Part shown: in pieces, positions 34,681 through 64,000 of the stretch
Layout: the number at the start of each line of letters is the position of its first letter
Numbering within the stretch: position 1 is the stretch's first letter
Origin: Amoebidium appalachense
Lineage: Eukaryota; Protista; Ichthyosporea
Direction of reading: 5' to 3'
DNA length: 64,000 bases
Assembly (NCBI GenBank): GCA_963693365.1
Contig: CAVNZM010000005.1
Coordinates: 1,116,001 to 1,180,000, forward strand
The notes under the pieces: generated by a model
The model's input: the letters and a program-made list of their open reading frames with translations, nothing else
The model's database searches: none
Told to the model about the DNA's origin: nothing
Translations under genes and position numbers: made by a program

Positions 34681-35362
34681 AAAAAAAAAAACTACACAGA
34701 CCACAATCATTCTGACATCTTCCGCTTTATCGTGTCTTCTGTCCATTTTATTTCCCTGCTCCCATGATCTGTTCCGCAAGCCCCCCCCCCTCCCCCCCAC
34801 ACCTTTTCTTGTGTGTGTGTGTGTAGAAGGGAGAGGGGGGGTGGGGGGAGGCGGTCCCCGTGTGTGTGTGGAGTGGGGGGGGGGGGGGGGGGGGAGGTTA
34901 GAAGGGGGGGGAAAAGGGAAAAAATGAAAGAGAAAAAACAAGTATCTATGAATCAAGACGACCCAACCCCTTCTGCACATGGCCGGTCTGATCTTGTCTC
35001 CAAGTCTCAAAATCTCCCAAACCACACACACTCACCACACTATTTTTCAGGACCCCACCACTCTTCTTCTGAGAGAGGGCCCAGAGTGTGCAACCTTTGC
35101 CTCCTCTGCACCCACTGCTCCAGCCGCGGTGGAAAATCCGCTCATGAACCCCCCCGAGGCATCTGTTAGCACTCCCCAGACCCTTACAGGTGACAAAGGA
35201 CCCCGTGAGTTGGCCGGAAAATGGTTTCAGGGGAGGATGGAGAAACACGGAGAGATGTGGGCTGACCCAGGGACAGGTAGTGCGTACGAGGCATTTGGGG
35301 GAGGTGAAGGTGCGTGAGTGGGATGCGTATGTGTGTGTGCACGTGTGCACAGAGAGAGAGAG

Positions 35363-35413
<51 letters not shown>

Positions 35414-36676
35414 TTGTGTTTTTGTGTGTGGCTGGGAGAGGAAGGAAAGGGGGGGGGGGGGGGGGGGGGGGGGATGGGGGGAGTAGGGGTCGTGTTGAGT
35501 GTTTGGTAGTACGGGCACAGGGGGAAAAGGATGAGTGGTGCAGGGGAGTAGTGTGTTGGGTGGAGAATATACTTATATGTGATGGTTAGCAGTGAGTGGG
35601 GAATGGTAAATGGCAGTCCTATGCGTGTTTGTGAGTACCAGGAGACGGGTGGATGAAAACTGGTGACATGCAATGAAACGGAAAGGTGGGAAACGTGGAA
35701 AATGAGAGATGTAAGATAGCCCAGTGGAAAGGCACAAGCTGACAAAGACAGCCCCCCCCCCCCCCCCCCCCCCCCCCCCTTCCCCTCTACCTACGGAAAA
35801 AAAAGAACTCTTTGAGAACGAAAAGGAAATAGAGGACCAAAGAGGAGAAAAAAATATGACCATGCATGCAGGCAACCCAGGGGGCATGGCTGGGAGAGGC
35901 ACGGAGGCCATTGCCCAATCAGAGAAGCTGCTGACTGCCGACGAGCCGATGGGATGGTACGGTGGAGAGCAAGGCAAAACGGCCACGGAGCAGGGCAAGG
36001 GGCACGGCCAGGCAAAGTCCAAAGGAGTAGTGGTAATGGTCCCCTCCCCCCTCCTCCCCCTCCTCCCCCCCTTCTCCCCTACTCCCAATATGAAAGCCTC
36101 CCCCCCCCTCACCCCCCAAATAAATAAATAACTTGAAATCTATAACTTGAAATAAATGAATTTCGGAATAGAATTCACGAACACATTCTGATATTTGCCA
36201 GCTTGAAACTCCCGTTGGCCACCTCCTAATCCTGCCTCCTCCCCCTCCCCCCCCCCCCCCCCCCACCTCCCCCCCCCCCCACCCCACGTCCTTAACTCCC
36301 TTCCCCCCCCCCCCCCCCCCCCTTTCCCTCTTCAGGTATCTCAGGGCTTTTGCCGTCCTCGCCCCACCCCTTCCCCCCCCCCCCCCCCCCCCCCCTCCCC
36401 CTCCCCCCTTCTCCTCCTCCCTGATCTTCCACCCTCCCCCCCCCCCTCCCCCGGTACATTGGGGCACACACACGCACGCAGGAGGTTCTGCGCTATCTTG
36501 AGAGGGGCGGTGAGCTTGTGGACAGAATGCAAGTCATGCTGCAAGATAAGGTTAACCACCTCTCCCCCCCCCCCCCCCCCCAAAAAAAAAAAAAAAAAAG
36601 GCGTCCCACCCACACCTACGAACACATGCAAAGGTCAGTAAGACATGTCTTGTGCTGCAAGACAGGTTGGCCCATT

Positions 36677-36714
<38 letters not shown>

Positions 36715-37146
36715 ACCCCTTCCAACACACACACACATTCCCATTACTCTAAAACACCCTCCCCAAGTCATCAGCCCAATCGGCAGTTCACTATCCGCTT
36801 GGGTTGTTATCTGTGATCATCTATGTACCACTCATTTATCCTACTAGCAACACTACTGGCCTAACCTAGACCAATCAAATCGTGGCTAATCGAATTCCAT
36901 TTCTCCGATTGACCAATCAGATTGCCATGGAGAGGCGCAACCGCCTCGAGCTCTTGCAGTGGGCTGAGAAGTGGGAGGGCCTGTGGGGCAAACCGACATC
37001 GGGTGACGAAAATTTTGCCCCCCTCCACCGTACTGCAATGCTATTGGCCAACGAGGCACGTCGGGTGGCTTGGCTGACTCACAAGGGGGAGGACCACGTG
37101 GTGCAGGTGTGTGTGTGTGTGTGTGTGTATGTGTGTGTGTGTGTGC

Positions 37147-37192
<46 letters not shown>

Positions 37193-37255
37193 GTGTGCGC
37201 GGATGTGTGTGGATGTGTGCGTGCGCGCGTGTGTGTGTTGTGTGTGTTGTGTGTG

Positions 37256-37303
<48 letters not shown>

Positions 37304-37516
37304 CGTGCGAGCGCTTTTGTGTGTGTGTGTGCACGAGCAGGTGCACTTGGGTGCAGTTCGACCTGTTTGATCCCATGTTTACTTGCAACGTCCTCCTCTT
37401 CTCTCTCTTTCACAGGCACACATTAAAACACACAACTCTAGAGTTTTATACACACCCAAATTGCGCTTGATGCATTAAGGAAATGCCGCTGGGAGGTGTA
37501 CATAATGTGTCTTTTT

Positions 37517-37551
<35 letters not shown>

Positions 37552-38124
37552 GGAACTAATGCGACAAAAAGATTATAGAGAAGTTGACAGTGGACCAGCA
37601 GATACGGCCTCACACACCACCTTCCATATATGGCTATTCAGGGGATCCAGGGATTGGATGATTGGCGCAAGGCCCACTTTGTGCGTGCAAGTGGGGGCAC
37701 GGAGGCCGGCTTCTGTCTCCTTCGAAACCCAATCTTCGTCCAGGCCATCTCGGTATGTCGTCCCCCCTCCCCCTCCCCATCCCCCGCCCCCCCTCTCCCC
37801 CCTCCCTCCCCTCTCCCTCCCCCCCCCCCCCCCCCCCCCCAACCACCACCACCAACATTACAAAAAAGGTCAGGCCACATATATTCGTACCCACGGCCCT
37901 TTCCAAATCCGGTCCCTTTCCCCATATGGTCCATCAATCCACCCAACAGCCCCCCCTCCCCCCCCCCCCCCTCCGGGTTATCCCCTCTCAGCAGACCAGC
38001 AAACTGGGTTGGTTTTGTGCTGCTGATAGCAACGAAATAGAGGAACTCCATTCTGTTCCCACATCTTTGTCTTGTGTCAGTCGCTCTCTCTTCCACGATC
38101 CCCCTCTGTCCCATGCTCTTCATG

Positions 38125-38156
<32 letters not shown>

Positions 38157-38286
38157 CTTCTTCTTCTTCTTCATTACGCCCAATCCTCAACTTGTGCCCC
38201 CCCATTGACTTACCCAACACTAACTCAACTCTCAATAGGGGTGTCCTGAGCTGGACCAAGGCACCATCCAGGCAAGTCCATCACCG

Positions 38287-38320
<34 letters not shown>

Positions 38321-40156
38321 CTCTCTCCTCCCCTCCCCCCGCCCACGCCCGCCCGCCCGCCCGCCCGCGCACCTCCCTCTGGTCCCATCCCCTCCCCCCT
38401 CCTTCAGCTCTCTCTTTGCCTCTCCCTTGCCCCTTTCTTGGCGGGTTTTGTTCGGTCTACAATTCACACCGTCCATGTCTCATTACATAATATGCTTACA
38501 GGGTCATGTCATCTCATCTGTGAAGTATCCCCTTCATCACTGGCGTGTCCCCCCCCCTCCCCCCCCTCCCTTTACCCCCCCCCCCCCCCCCCCTCCCCTC
38601 TCTCCCCGGGAGTTACCCCCCCGGTTGCCGTTTTCTACGGGATTCTCCAATTTCAATAGCAATGAAACACTCACCCCTCCCCACCAAGGCACTCTACGTC
38701 CCCCGTCTCCTCCCCCCCCCCCCCCCTCCCCCCCCCCCCCCCTCCCCCCCCCCCCCCCCCCACACACACACACCCACTCCACAAAACCACTTATAGACAC
38801 ACACGCAGACCCCTTCTCCTATCATGGCTGTCAATCCTTTGACGCACCTTCCTTTATTTCTTTGGCTTTGGGTCTCCCATTCCTCCTCACCCTCTAACCC
38901 CACCTTCCCCTCCGTTCTACATACTCCTCCCTGTATATTCTTGCAACATCTCCCTCTCCCGACCTATCCTTTTCTAACCATCCCTCCCCCCGCCTCCCCC
39001 CACCCCACCCCCTCTCCCTTCTTCAGAGTTTCCACCATGCAGCCCTTGATGTTGCAACCAGCCAACACTCTACCCTGCAGCTGTGCCTTGCCTCCTACAT
39101 CGACTGTCTGTTTCTGGGCGCCCCAAACAACACAAAGGAGTAATGTGCCCTCCCCCCCTCCCCCCCCCCCCCCCCTCCCCCCCCCCCCCCCCCCCCCCCC
39201 CCCCCGTATTTTCTTTTTTTCCCCTTCCAAACCCAAGTTCTCGGCCAATCACAGCACATGTGGGTGTTATAGATTACCTTCCGCCCTCACTCCTTCCCCC
39301 CCCTCCCCCTCCCCCCTAGTCTACGCAGAGTCTCTTCGACCTGTGCCCCCTACCCTCTGCTAAAAGCTCAAATTGTATATGAATGTGGTGTACCCCCCCC
39401 CCCCCCCCCCCCCCCCCCCCTTCACTTACCCCTTGGGAGCATTCAGTTCATTTGTCTTTACGTCCGTCACTCTCCGTGTGCAATCGGTCATCACATTGGA
39501 AGAAAGAAACTGGGGGGGGGGGGGGGAGGAGGGGGAGGGCGGGGATGGATGGGGTGAAGGGGGAGGGAAGTGAAGAGCCGTGTTGGGGAGGAAGATAGAC
39601 GGAGGTGGGAACAAGGTGATAGTGCCGGGCTCGCGTGCGGGGGGGGGGGGGGGGGGGGGGGATTTCTCTCCCTTCCAGGTGGGAGTTACCAGAGGATCTA
39701 AGAGCCACAAGCTGACGTGACAAGTCACCAATAGGCTGCAAGAGAGCTACAAGATGGCCCGTGAGCAGGTGGACCGTCTGGGCACCCCCCCACCCTCGTC
39801 CGTGATTGGTTCCCTGCTGGCCAATGAACCTGTGGCCGAGCCCAAGCCCGCAGGCCGTCCCCCTAGCCCCCTCACCCTAGAGGATCTGGGTCTTTCTAGA
39901 AGCCCTGTCAACGTGGGGGTGTCTGGAGAGGAGAGTGACGTCGACGAACGTACCAACCCCCCCCCCCCCCCCCCCCCCCCTCCCTCCCCGGCTCCTTTCA
40001 GGTATTGATATCTCACGATTCCCTTCACCATCAATTATTTCTTGCTCTCCCTGCCCTGCCCCTCTCCTTTCCCCTCCCCGCCTACCCCCCCCCCCCCCCC
40101 CCCCCCCCCTTGTCCGCGCTTACCCCCAACCATCACAAACGTTTCTCCGTACCTAC

Positions 40157-40193
<37 letters not shown>

Positions 40194-41116
40194 ACGCTCC
40201 TCCCCTCCGCCCGAGCGTCTACCTCTACCTTTCCCTCCCGTACCTTACCTGCTCAATGCCCCTTCACGTCTTTCCTGGTCTCTCTTTCTCACCAGGTGTC
40301 CCCCTTTGATATACATGGTACTTTGTTTGTACTCATTAAAACGATATAATTAATTGATAACAAGCGAACGAAGAAAGACGAAGAATGAAACTGGGAAATA
40401 ATTGGGGACTAGATGCATATGAAGGGACATGAAGGTCCCTTTGCTACGGGGCCATCCTGTATCGTGCAGAAGTTCATTGAATAGGGGTTTATTTCGCTTA
40501 GGCACGCAAGGTCTATAGCTTATCTTGCAACCACTTTCTTCTGCCCCCTCCCTTCTCCCCCTCCCCCCCCCCCCCTCTCCCCCTCCGCTCCCCTCCTACC
40601 CACCACCACAACCAATCCCCCCCCCCCCCCCCCCCCCCCGCTCCCCTTCGCCCTTCTTTCGCTCCCTTCCCCCACACTAGCAGGCTCCTCATCCCTCGAT
40701 GTTGAGATGGGGTCCAACGCAGCGAACATCAGTGAAATTTCAACCCCCAAGCCCATTGAGCCCCATGCCCCTGTCGACTTGCCTCCTGGAGAATTGACTG
40801 CCGATTTGTGGGTGGGGGGTGTGTCGGGGACGGGGGGGCTCATGGGTCCAGAGGCACAGACCTGCCTGGGGGTTCCGGGGGGTATGGGGGGATCGGTATT
40901 CGTGTTCAGGAGCCTGGTGAGCCTACGGAGACAGAGATGAAACAGTGGGAGGGATTTGAGGGGGGGTCCATCGCCGTGGGCAGTCTAGGGGGGTCTGAGG
41001 AGATTATGAAGCATTTCCGTAAGGCTGGTGAGCCTACAGAGCCGGAGATCAAGAAGTGGGAGGGGTTCAAGGGGGCACCTGTTGCGCGGAATTTCACTGG
41101 AACAGGGGGATTTTAG
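34103..41116 (+). CDS. Uncharacterised protein with PACSIN-like FCH/F-BAR segment and C-terminal EIKKWEG repeats; two apparent 1-nt frame breaks
   Basis: Exons 34103-34123 (tentative), 35051-35309, 35872-36032, 36482-36550, 36921-37106, 37642-37752, ~38239-38271 (GC donor), 39735-39949, 40684-41116. Phases agree except around 38239 and ~40835. The core 'VLRYLERGGELVDRMQVMLQDKIAMERRNRLELLQWAEKW...LLANEARRVAWL...IQGLDDWRKAHF' follows the PACSIN FCH pattern. Confidence 0.6.
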
Positions 41117-42310
41117 GAGATTGCAAAGAAACTGCACGAGCCTGCGGATCACATAGAGGCGGAGATTAAGAAGTGGGAGGGGGTGGGGGGTGCTAAGGGT
41201 GAGGGTGGTGTTTAGGGGGATTAGGTATGACCAAACGGATTTTAACGAACACGTGCATGTGCAAGTCTTTACAACCCCCTAGATGAGCCATAGGAAACTG
41301 GGGAAGAGGGCGGGGATGGGGAGGGGGGAAGGGTTGGGGGGGTGGGGGAGGGGGGGATTGTACGGAATTTACCGTAGAAAGGGCAATTGGCCAAAAGGTA
41401 CACATGCCCTTTTTGTTGGTGGTTTTTGACTTCTGTTTTCTTTACAAGAATCACCCATCGTTTTTTTTGCCCATTGAGTATTGATACTCGTGAATATGTT
41501 GATGTTTGTGTATATTGACGCATGCCGTCTATGGAAATTCCCCAAATAAAATACTGCCTGCGATCGACACATGTACGCAAGGACAAACTTCAAAGCAAAT
41601 ACCATGTGCGGCGTTCTTGGAAGGAACACAAACGTGGAAACAATTTCACACAAGCACACGGACATACGCCAGCTACATACAGACGTAAAAAAAAAGGATG
41701 TGTGCTCTCTTCCCCGACCATACTACACATGAGCATGGTTCAATTGTTTTGCCCTCAACCATTTTTGCTAACCTAGGAAACACACACTACATAGTACTTC
41801 GCAACCCCGTTTTTGCTCTGCAGATTGCCCATATAAATCTCACTCGTGGTTTATTTGCTATCACAACAAACACCGAAAAAACCTGAATCGATTTTCATTC
41901 TCCCCACCCCCCCCCTCCCCCCCCCCCCCCCCCTCACCCCCCCCACCCCTCCTCCCCCCCTTCCCCCGGCTCTTCCCCCAATCCGCCAACAATGTGGGGA
42001 TATACGAATATCAATACATGGGGAGCATTAGGGGATGAAATATCACATGAATAAGATAGAAGTAACATGCATACAGCCTAATAAGAGTAAGATGGGAATA
42101 ATAACGATCTGTGTTGTGTTGTCCCTACCCCACTCGGAAGCTTCCCGCCATTACCTGTAGCACCCGTACTCCATGTTCTTGGTGCCCTCCCCCCCCCCCC
42201 CCCTCCCCCCCCCCCCTTTCCCCCCCACAGATACACACACACCCAAAGATTAAGGTTGTCAGCCCCCAATGCCCACCCCCGACACACGGGCAGGTTATAC
42301 GTGGATGGGC

Positions 42311-42372
<62 letters not shown>

Positions 42373-42794
42373 CCACCAACACCATGCCGGGTATTTTCGC
42401 TTCAGCCCTCAGTGTTTTCATGTGACACACTTCCAGAGCGTGCTTAGCATAATGCATTCATAAAGCTTTAAAAAAAAAAAAAAGAAAATCTCTCCACACG
42501 ACAAAGGCGAATAATACATCTGGAAAATTATTGATAGAATCGTATTCATACAGGCGTGTTTCTATAAGTTGTTTCCTCCAGCATACTACCCATCATCTCT
42601 GCACCAACATTCTGAAACTACAAACAAGTATCTACAAAATATACATCCCCCCCCCCCCAAAAAAAAAACAACAAAAAAAAACAAAGAAAAACAAAAAAAA
42701 AAACAAAAAAAAATACAAAAAAAAAAACCTCCCTGCACCCTCAACCCTATAGCCAACCAGGCTCTAAACACTAAAGCCGACCCGAACCCCCCCC

Positions 42795-42825
<31 letters not shown>

Positions 42826-43407
42826 AAACACACACACAAAGTGTACAAGCACAACACAACCCCCATCCCCCCACCCCAGCGCCCACCCCACCCCCCTTCC
42901 CCTACCCCTAGTCAACCAAAAGAGGGACGAGACAGAGGGAGAGAAAAGAAAGCCAGGGAATAAAAGCATCTATCTAACATCATGCATACGAAAGATTAAA
43001 GGATGCTGAAAACTTACTTTGACACTTTACATACACATTCAGTCTACACTTGTCAAATATCAGAAATATGCCGCTTCATACATACCTCAACTTTGATCTA
43101 AAAAAAGGTTGACAAAAACAAAAAAGGGTAAGTGACGAAAAATCGGCAAGATTGATACTATCAATAAAGATCATCTTTCGGAGATACCGGAGGGATGAGA
43201 AACGGAAAGAGCAGAAGGAGAAGCAACAGGTGCAAAAGTGGTGGGTGGGAAGGTGGGTAGGGGGCGGGCGGGGGAGGGGGGGGGGAGGGGGGGGGCAGGA
43301 GGGGTAGGGGAGGGAGAGAGTACCACAAGGGGTTACGTGTCACAGTCACGCCATTCCTGAAAAACCAGTTCGTAAAAAAAAAACGAAGGGATAGATTCTA
43401 TGACACC

Positions 43408-44241
43408 TCACGTTCTCTCCGGACCATGTATCTCCACTGGTGGTGTGTCCATTCTGTCCATCAACGTTTCATCATCACTGTCATCGGACAGCAAATTCGT
43501 GTCATGTTCTTCTTGCGCCCTCACCTGTGAATAGGCCACTCTTGCTCTTTCCAAGTCTCCCTGCCTATCCGGCTCTGCGTACCTCACAAGGATTATCTCC
43601 CCGTCCTCATACACAACATCCGTCTTGTGGTGCCGCTTGTAGATTGTGATCCCCACAGCACTGAAGAAAAGAATCACTTGGGTGACCCCCGAAACGACGG
43701 AAATCCAGTCGAAATGAGACTCAACATAGTGTCTGTAGGCCCAGTTCACGCAGTAGAGAAGCCTGTATATCCCCATGAACAGTGCGAAAGCAACCACAAA
43801 ATCATCCCCGCCGTCCAGCTTTCGAATGAGTAGAACCTGTGGTAACATGGCAATGGCTTCAAGGAACTGCGACATGGCCCAGAATACTTCGAACATCGTG
43901 AATTCATAATTGAACACAAGTCCCATGACAAGGCACGTAGGAATGAGCCAATACCATCTACTGGACTCCACACTAGTAACGGTGCTCTTGAGGGGGAACC
44001 TGATGACGTATATGTTGGCCAAAGTAAGGGAGATGAAGAGTATTTTGTAGATGGTGTTGTATACGTTGTAGAGGCTCGATAGAAGGTCCGTATACCGCGT
44101 AACGTAAACCACAAGGTATAGCTCCTGTGTGCGAAGGGAGACAGTTCGTGCGTTTTTCCTGTATAACAACCCGGCAAGGAGCAAAACCATGGCGAGTATA
44201 TGAAGCCCATCCCCCAATACTCGGAACACGTTTAGAGCCAT
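43408..44241 (-). CDS. ERD2: ER lumen protein-retaining (KDEL/HDEL) receptor, divergent, intronless, 277 aa
   Basis: Single ORF with NVFRVLGDGLH, SLRTQELY, TRYTDL, YNTIYK, EVFWAMSQFLEAIAMLPQ and GIYRLLYCVNWAYR; seven hydrophobic segments; TGA stop. Confidence 0.92.
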   Translation of the reverse strand: MALNVFRVLGDGLHILAMVLLLAGLLYRKNARTVSLRTQELYLVVYVTRYTDLLSSLYNVYNTIYKILFISLTLANIYVIRFPLKSTVTSVESSRWYWLIPTCLVMGLVFNYEFTMFEVFWAMSQFLEAIAMLPQVLLIRKLDGGDDFVVAFALFMGIYRLLYCVNWAYRHYVESHFDWISVVSGVTQVILFFSAVGITIYKRHHKTDVVYEDGEIILVRYAEPDRQGDLERARVAYSQVRAQEEHDTNLLSDDSDDETLMDRMDTPPVEIHGPERT

Positions 44242-45800
44242 GTTCGCGAATGTAAGAAACTGGCAAGATCGTCTATGACCAACAAAAAAGAACCTGTATT
44301 AGAGGTGTACAGTAGCATCAAAAGCTCAAAGGGTATAGAACTGCCGCGGATGATGTAGCTTCTAGTGATCAAGCAGCAATCAGTATATTCCATATATGCA
44401 TGGGGTTTGGTGTGTCTGGAAGTGAAAGACCTGGCGAGTTGGGGTGTCAGGAGATCCTGGGACTGTGAAAGGCACAGCAACGTTTAAATGAAACAAACAA
44501 AACCCAACCAGAGGGGTTGAGCAACCATTATAATATTACAGAAATGATTACTAAGAATCGTAGATGATCCCTGTGTACGTGATGGAGAAACCCTTTCTTT
44601 GTGCGTTCACGCCGTGAACTTTTGCGTTCGACAATCAGTTTCAAAAAAACAAAAACTTCTTGAAAAGGCTTACCGCACGGCATGATGACGTCTCCACAAA
44701 GGCTGCAATCCAATGTGATATGGTTACAGCGGCTAAAGCACGCAGATGTTGATTGGTGCTCTGTTTTTGACTGTTGGTGCGGTCACTTGGGGCAGCGGTA
44801 TATAATTTTGTTGATTGGCTTTAGGTCATGCCTTTGTAGGAGCGAGAGCAGGCCGGAATGAATACCAGGGCTCTCGACTATTCCTTGTCAGTGAATCGTT
44901 CCACCTAAAAATACTTACTACAATCGCTATGGCTACCGATTCATGTCAGATCGATGTAGATTTTGCCCGATTAGACTCGATCAACACTAAATGACGTCAT
45001 TTTTTCCAATTTTTGTTTATGCTTTTGGCGGGATAACACCATGTAGGCTGTCCTGGTGCACAGAAAAATTAATGCCCGTGCAAATCCATGCGCTGTGTGG
45101 TAGCACACCCTACCTCCTTTTTTTTACGGAAAGCAAGAGCAAACTTGACTTTGTAGGTTTGTTGCGTGCACTTAGTTTTGGCCATAAATCAGCCAGAAGT
45201 GATTTTAAGTGTAGAACAGGAAGGAGTGTGTTAGAAGGTGACACGGGGGTCTGGGAGGCTCTGAGGCTCTTGGTGCGTGTCTTCATAGAGTACTTGAGCC
45301 GTGCGGGAACACAGGTATGGGTTGTCACAGTGCTTTTCGTCCCTAGAGTAGCAAGGGAGCCTGCATAACATCCTTCTATCTATTCAATACACGAGTAATG
45401 GCCTTATGAAGCAAAGTACTGTGCCCACGCGAGACCTTTTCAACTTGCATTTTATTTCACTTATGCGATTGTGGTCTGTCACTGCTGAAGTCACAAGGCC
45501 CTGTCACCACAAGGTGGCCTCGGTTCAATAAAGTTTCAGTAGCAGGGTAAATTGCCGTTCAGTCGTTCATGTTTTCCACTGGCGTCTCCCTCCTCCCCGC
45601 TCTCTGTCCCTTCCCAAGCCTATGGGAGAGCACATTCTTGGCTTTACATGCTCCTACCATTAGGAACCCAACACTTTTATCCTAGTCTTTCGGGTTGTAT
45701 TCTAGGGCCAGATAGCCGACATGTTCTGCAACACTCTTTAGGATAAGAAATTTTTGGAAAGACATCTGATCTAGTTGATGGGGGTTTTGCAGCTGCCAAT

Positions 45801-63890
<18,090 letters not shown>

Positions 63891-63965
63891 GTATAACCCC
63901 CCCTCCCCCCCCCCCTCCCCCCCTCCCCCCCCCCCCCCCCCCCCCTTCCCCCGCCGCGTGCGCGC

Positions 63966-64000
<35 letters not shown>

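Overview
Intron-rich eukaryotic genomic DNA (GT-AG introns filled with poly-C/poly-G and (CA)n/(GT)n tracts); most of the supplied ORFs are repeat noise. Splicing exons by hand gives seven genes: (1) a ZNFX1/NFX1-type UPF1-like RNA helicase (-, runs off the left end); (2) a small modular gene with 3 EGF and 2 VWC-like exons (-); (3) a TATDN2-like TatD nuclease (+, 9 exons, 270 aa); (4) a ~646-aa Ala/Gly/Gln/Thr-rich LEA3-like amphipathic-repeat protein (-, 10 exons, all phase 0); (5) an unnamed protein with a PACSIN-like FCH/F-BAR segment and C-terminal 'EIKKWEG' repeats (+); (6) an intronless divergent ERD2/KDEL receptor (-); (7) an FHA-domain AAA ATPase of the At4g02480/At1g02890 type (+, at least 23 exons, runs off the right end). 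There are three minisatellites, one built from the last ten codons of TatD. The oddest signals are in-frame TAG codons in apparently coding sequence of two genes, a strand-polarised intron design with (CA)n-CAG acceptors, and a mix of animal-like and plant-like gene types. Family calls rest on motif recognition only, with no database search. Homopolymer errors in the assembly are likely. The lineage cannot be fixed from this window (a unicellular eukaryote is my inference). No CRISPR array, RNA gene or recognisable transposon was found.
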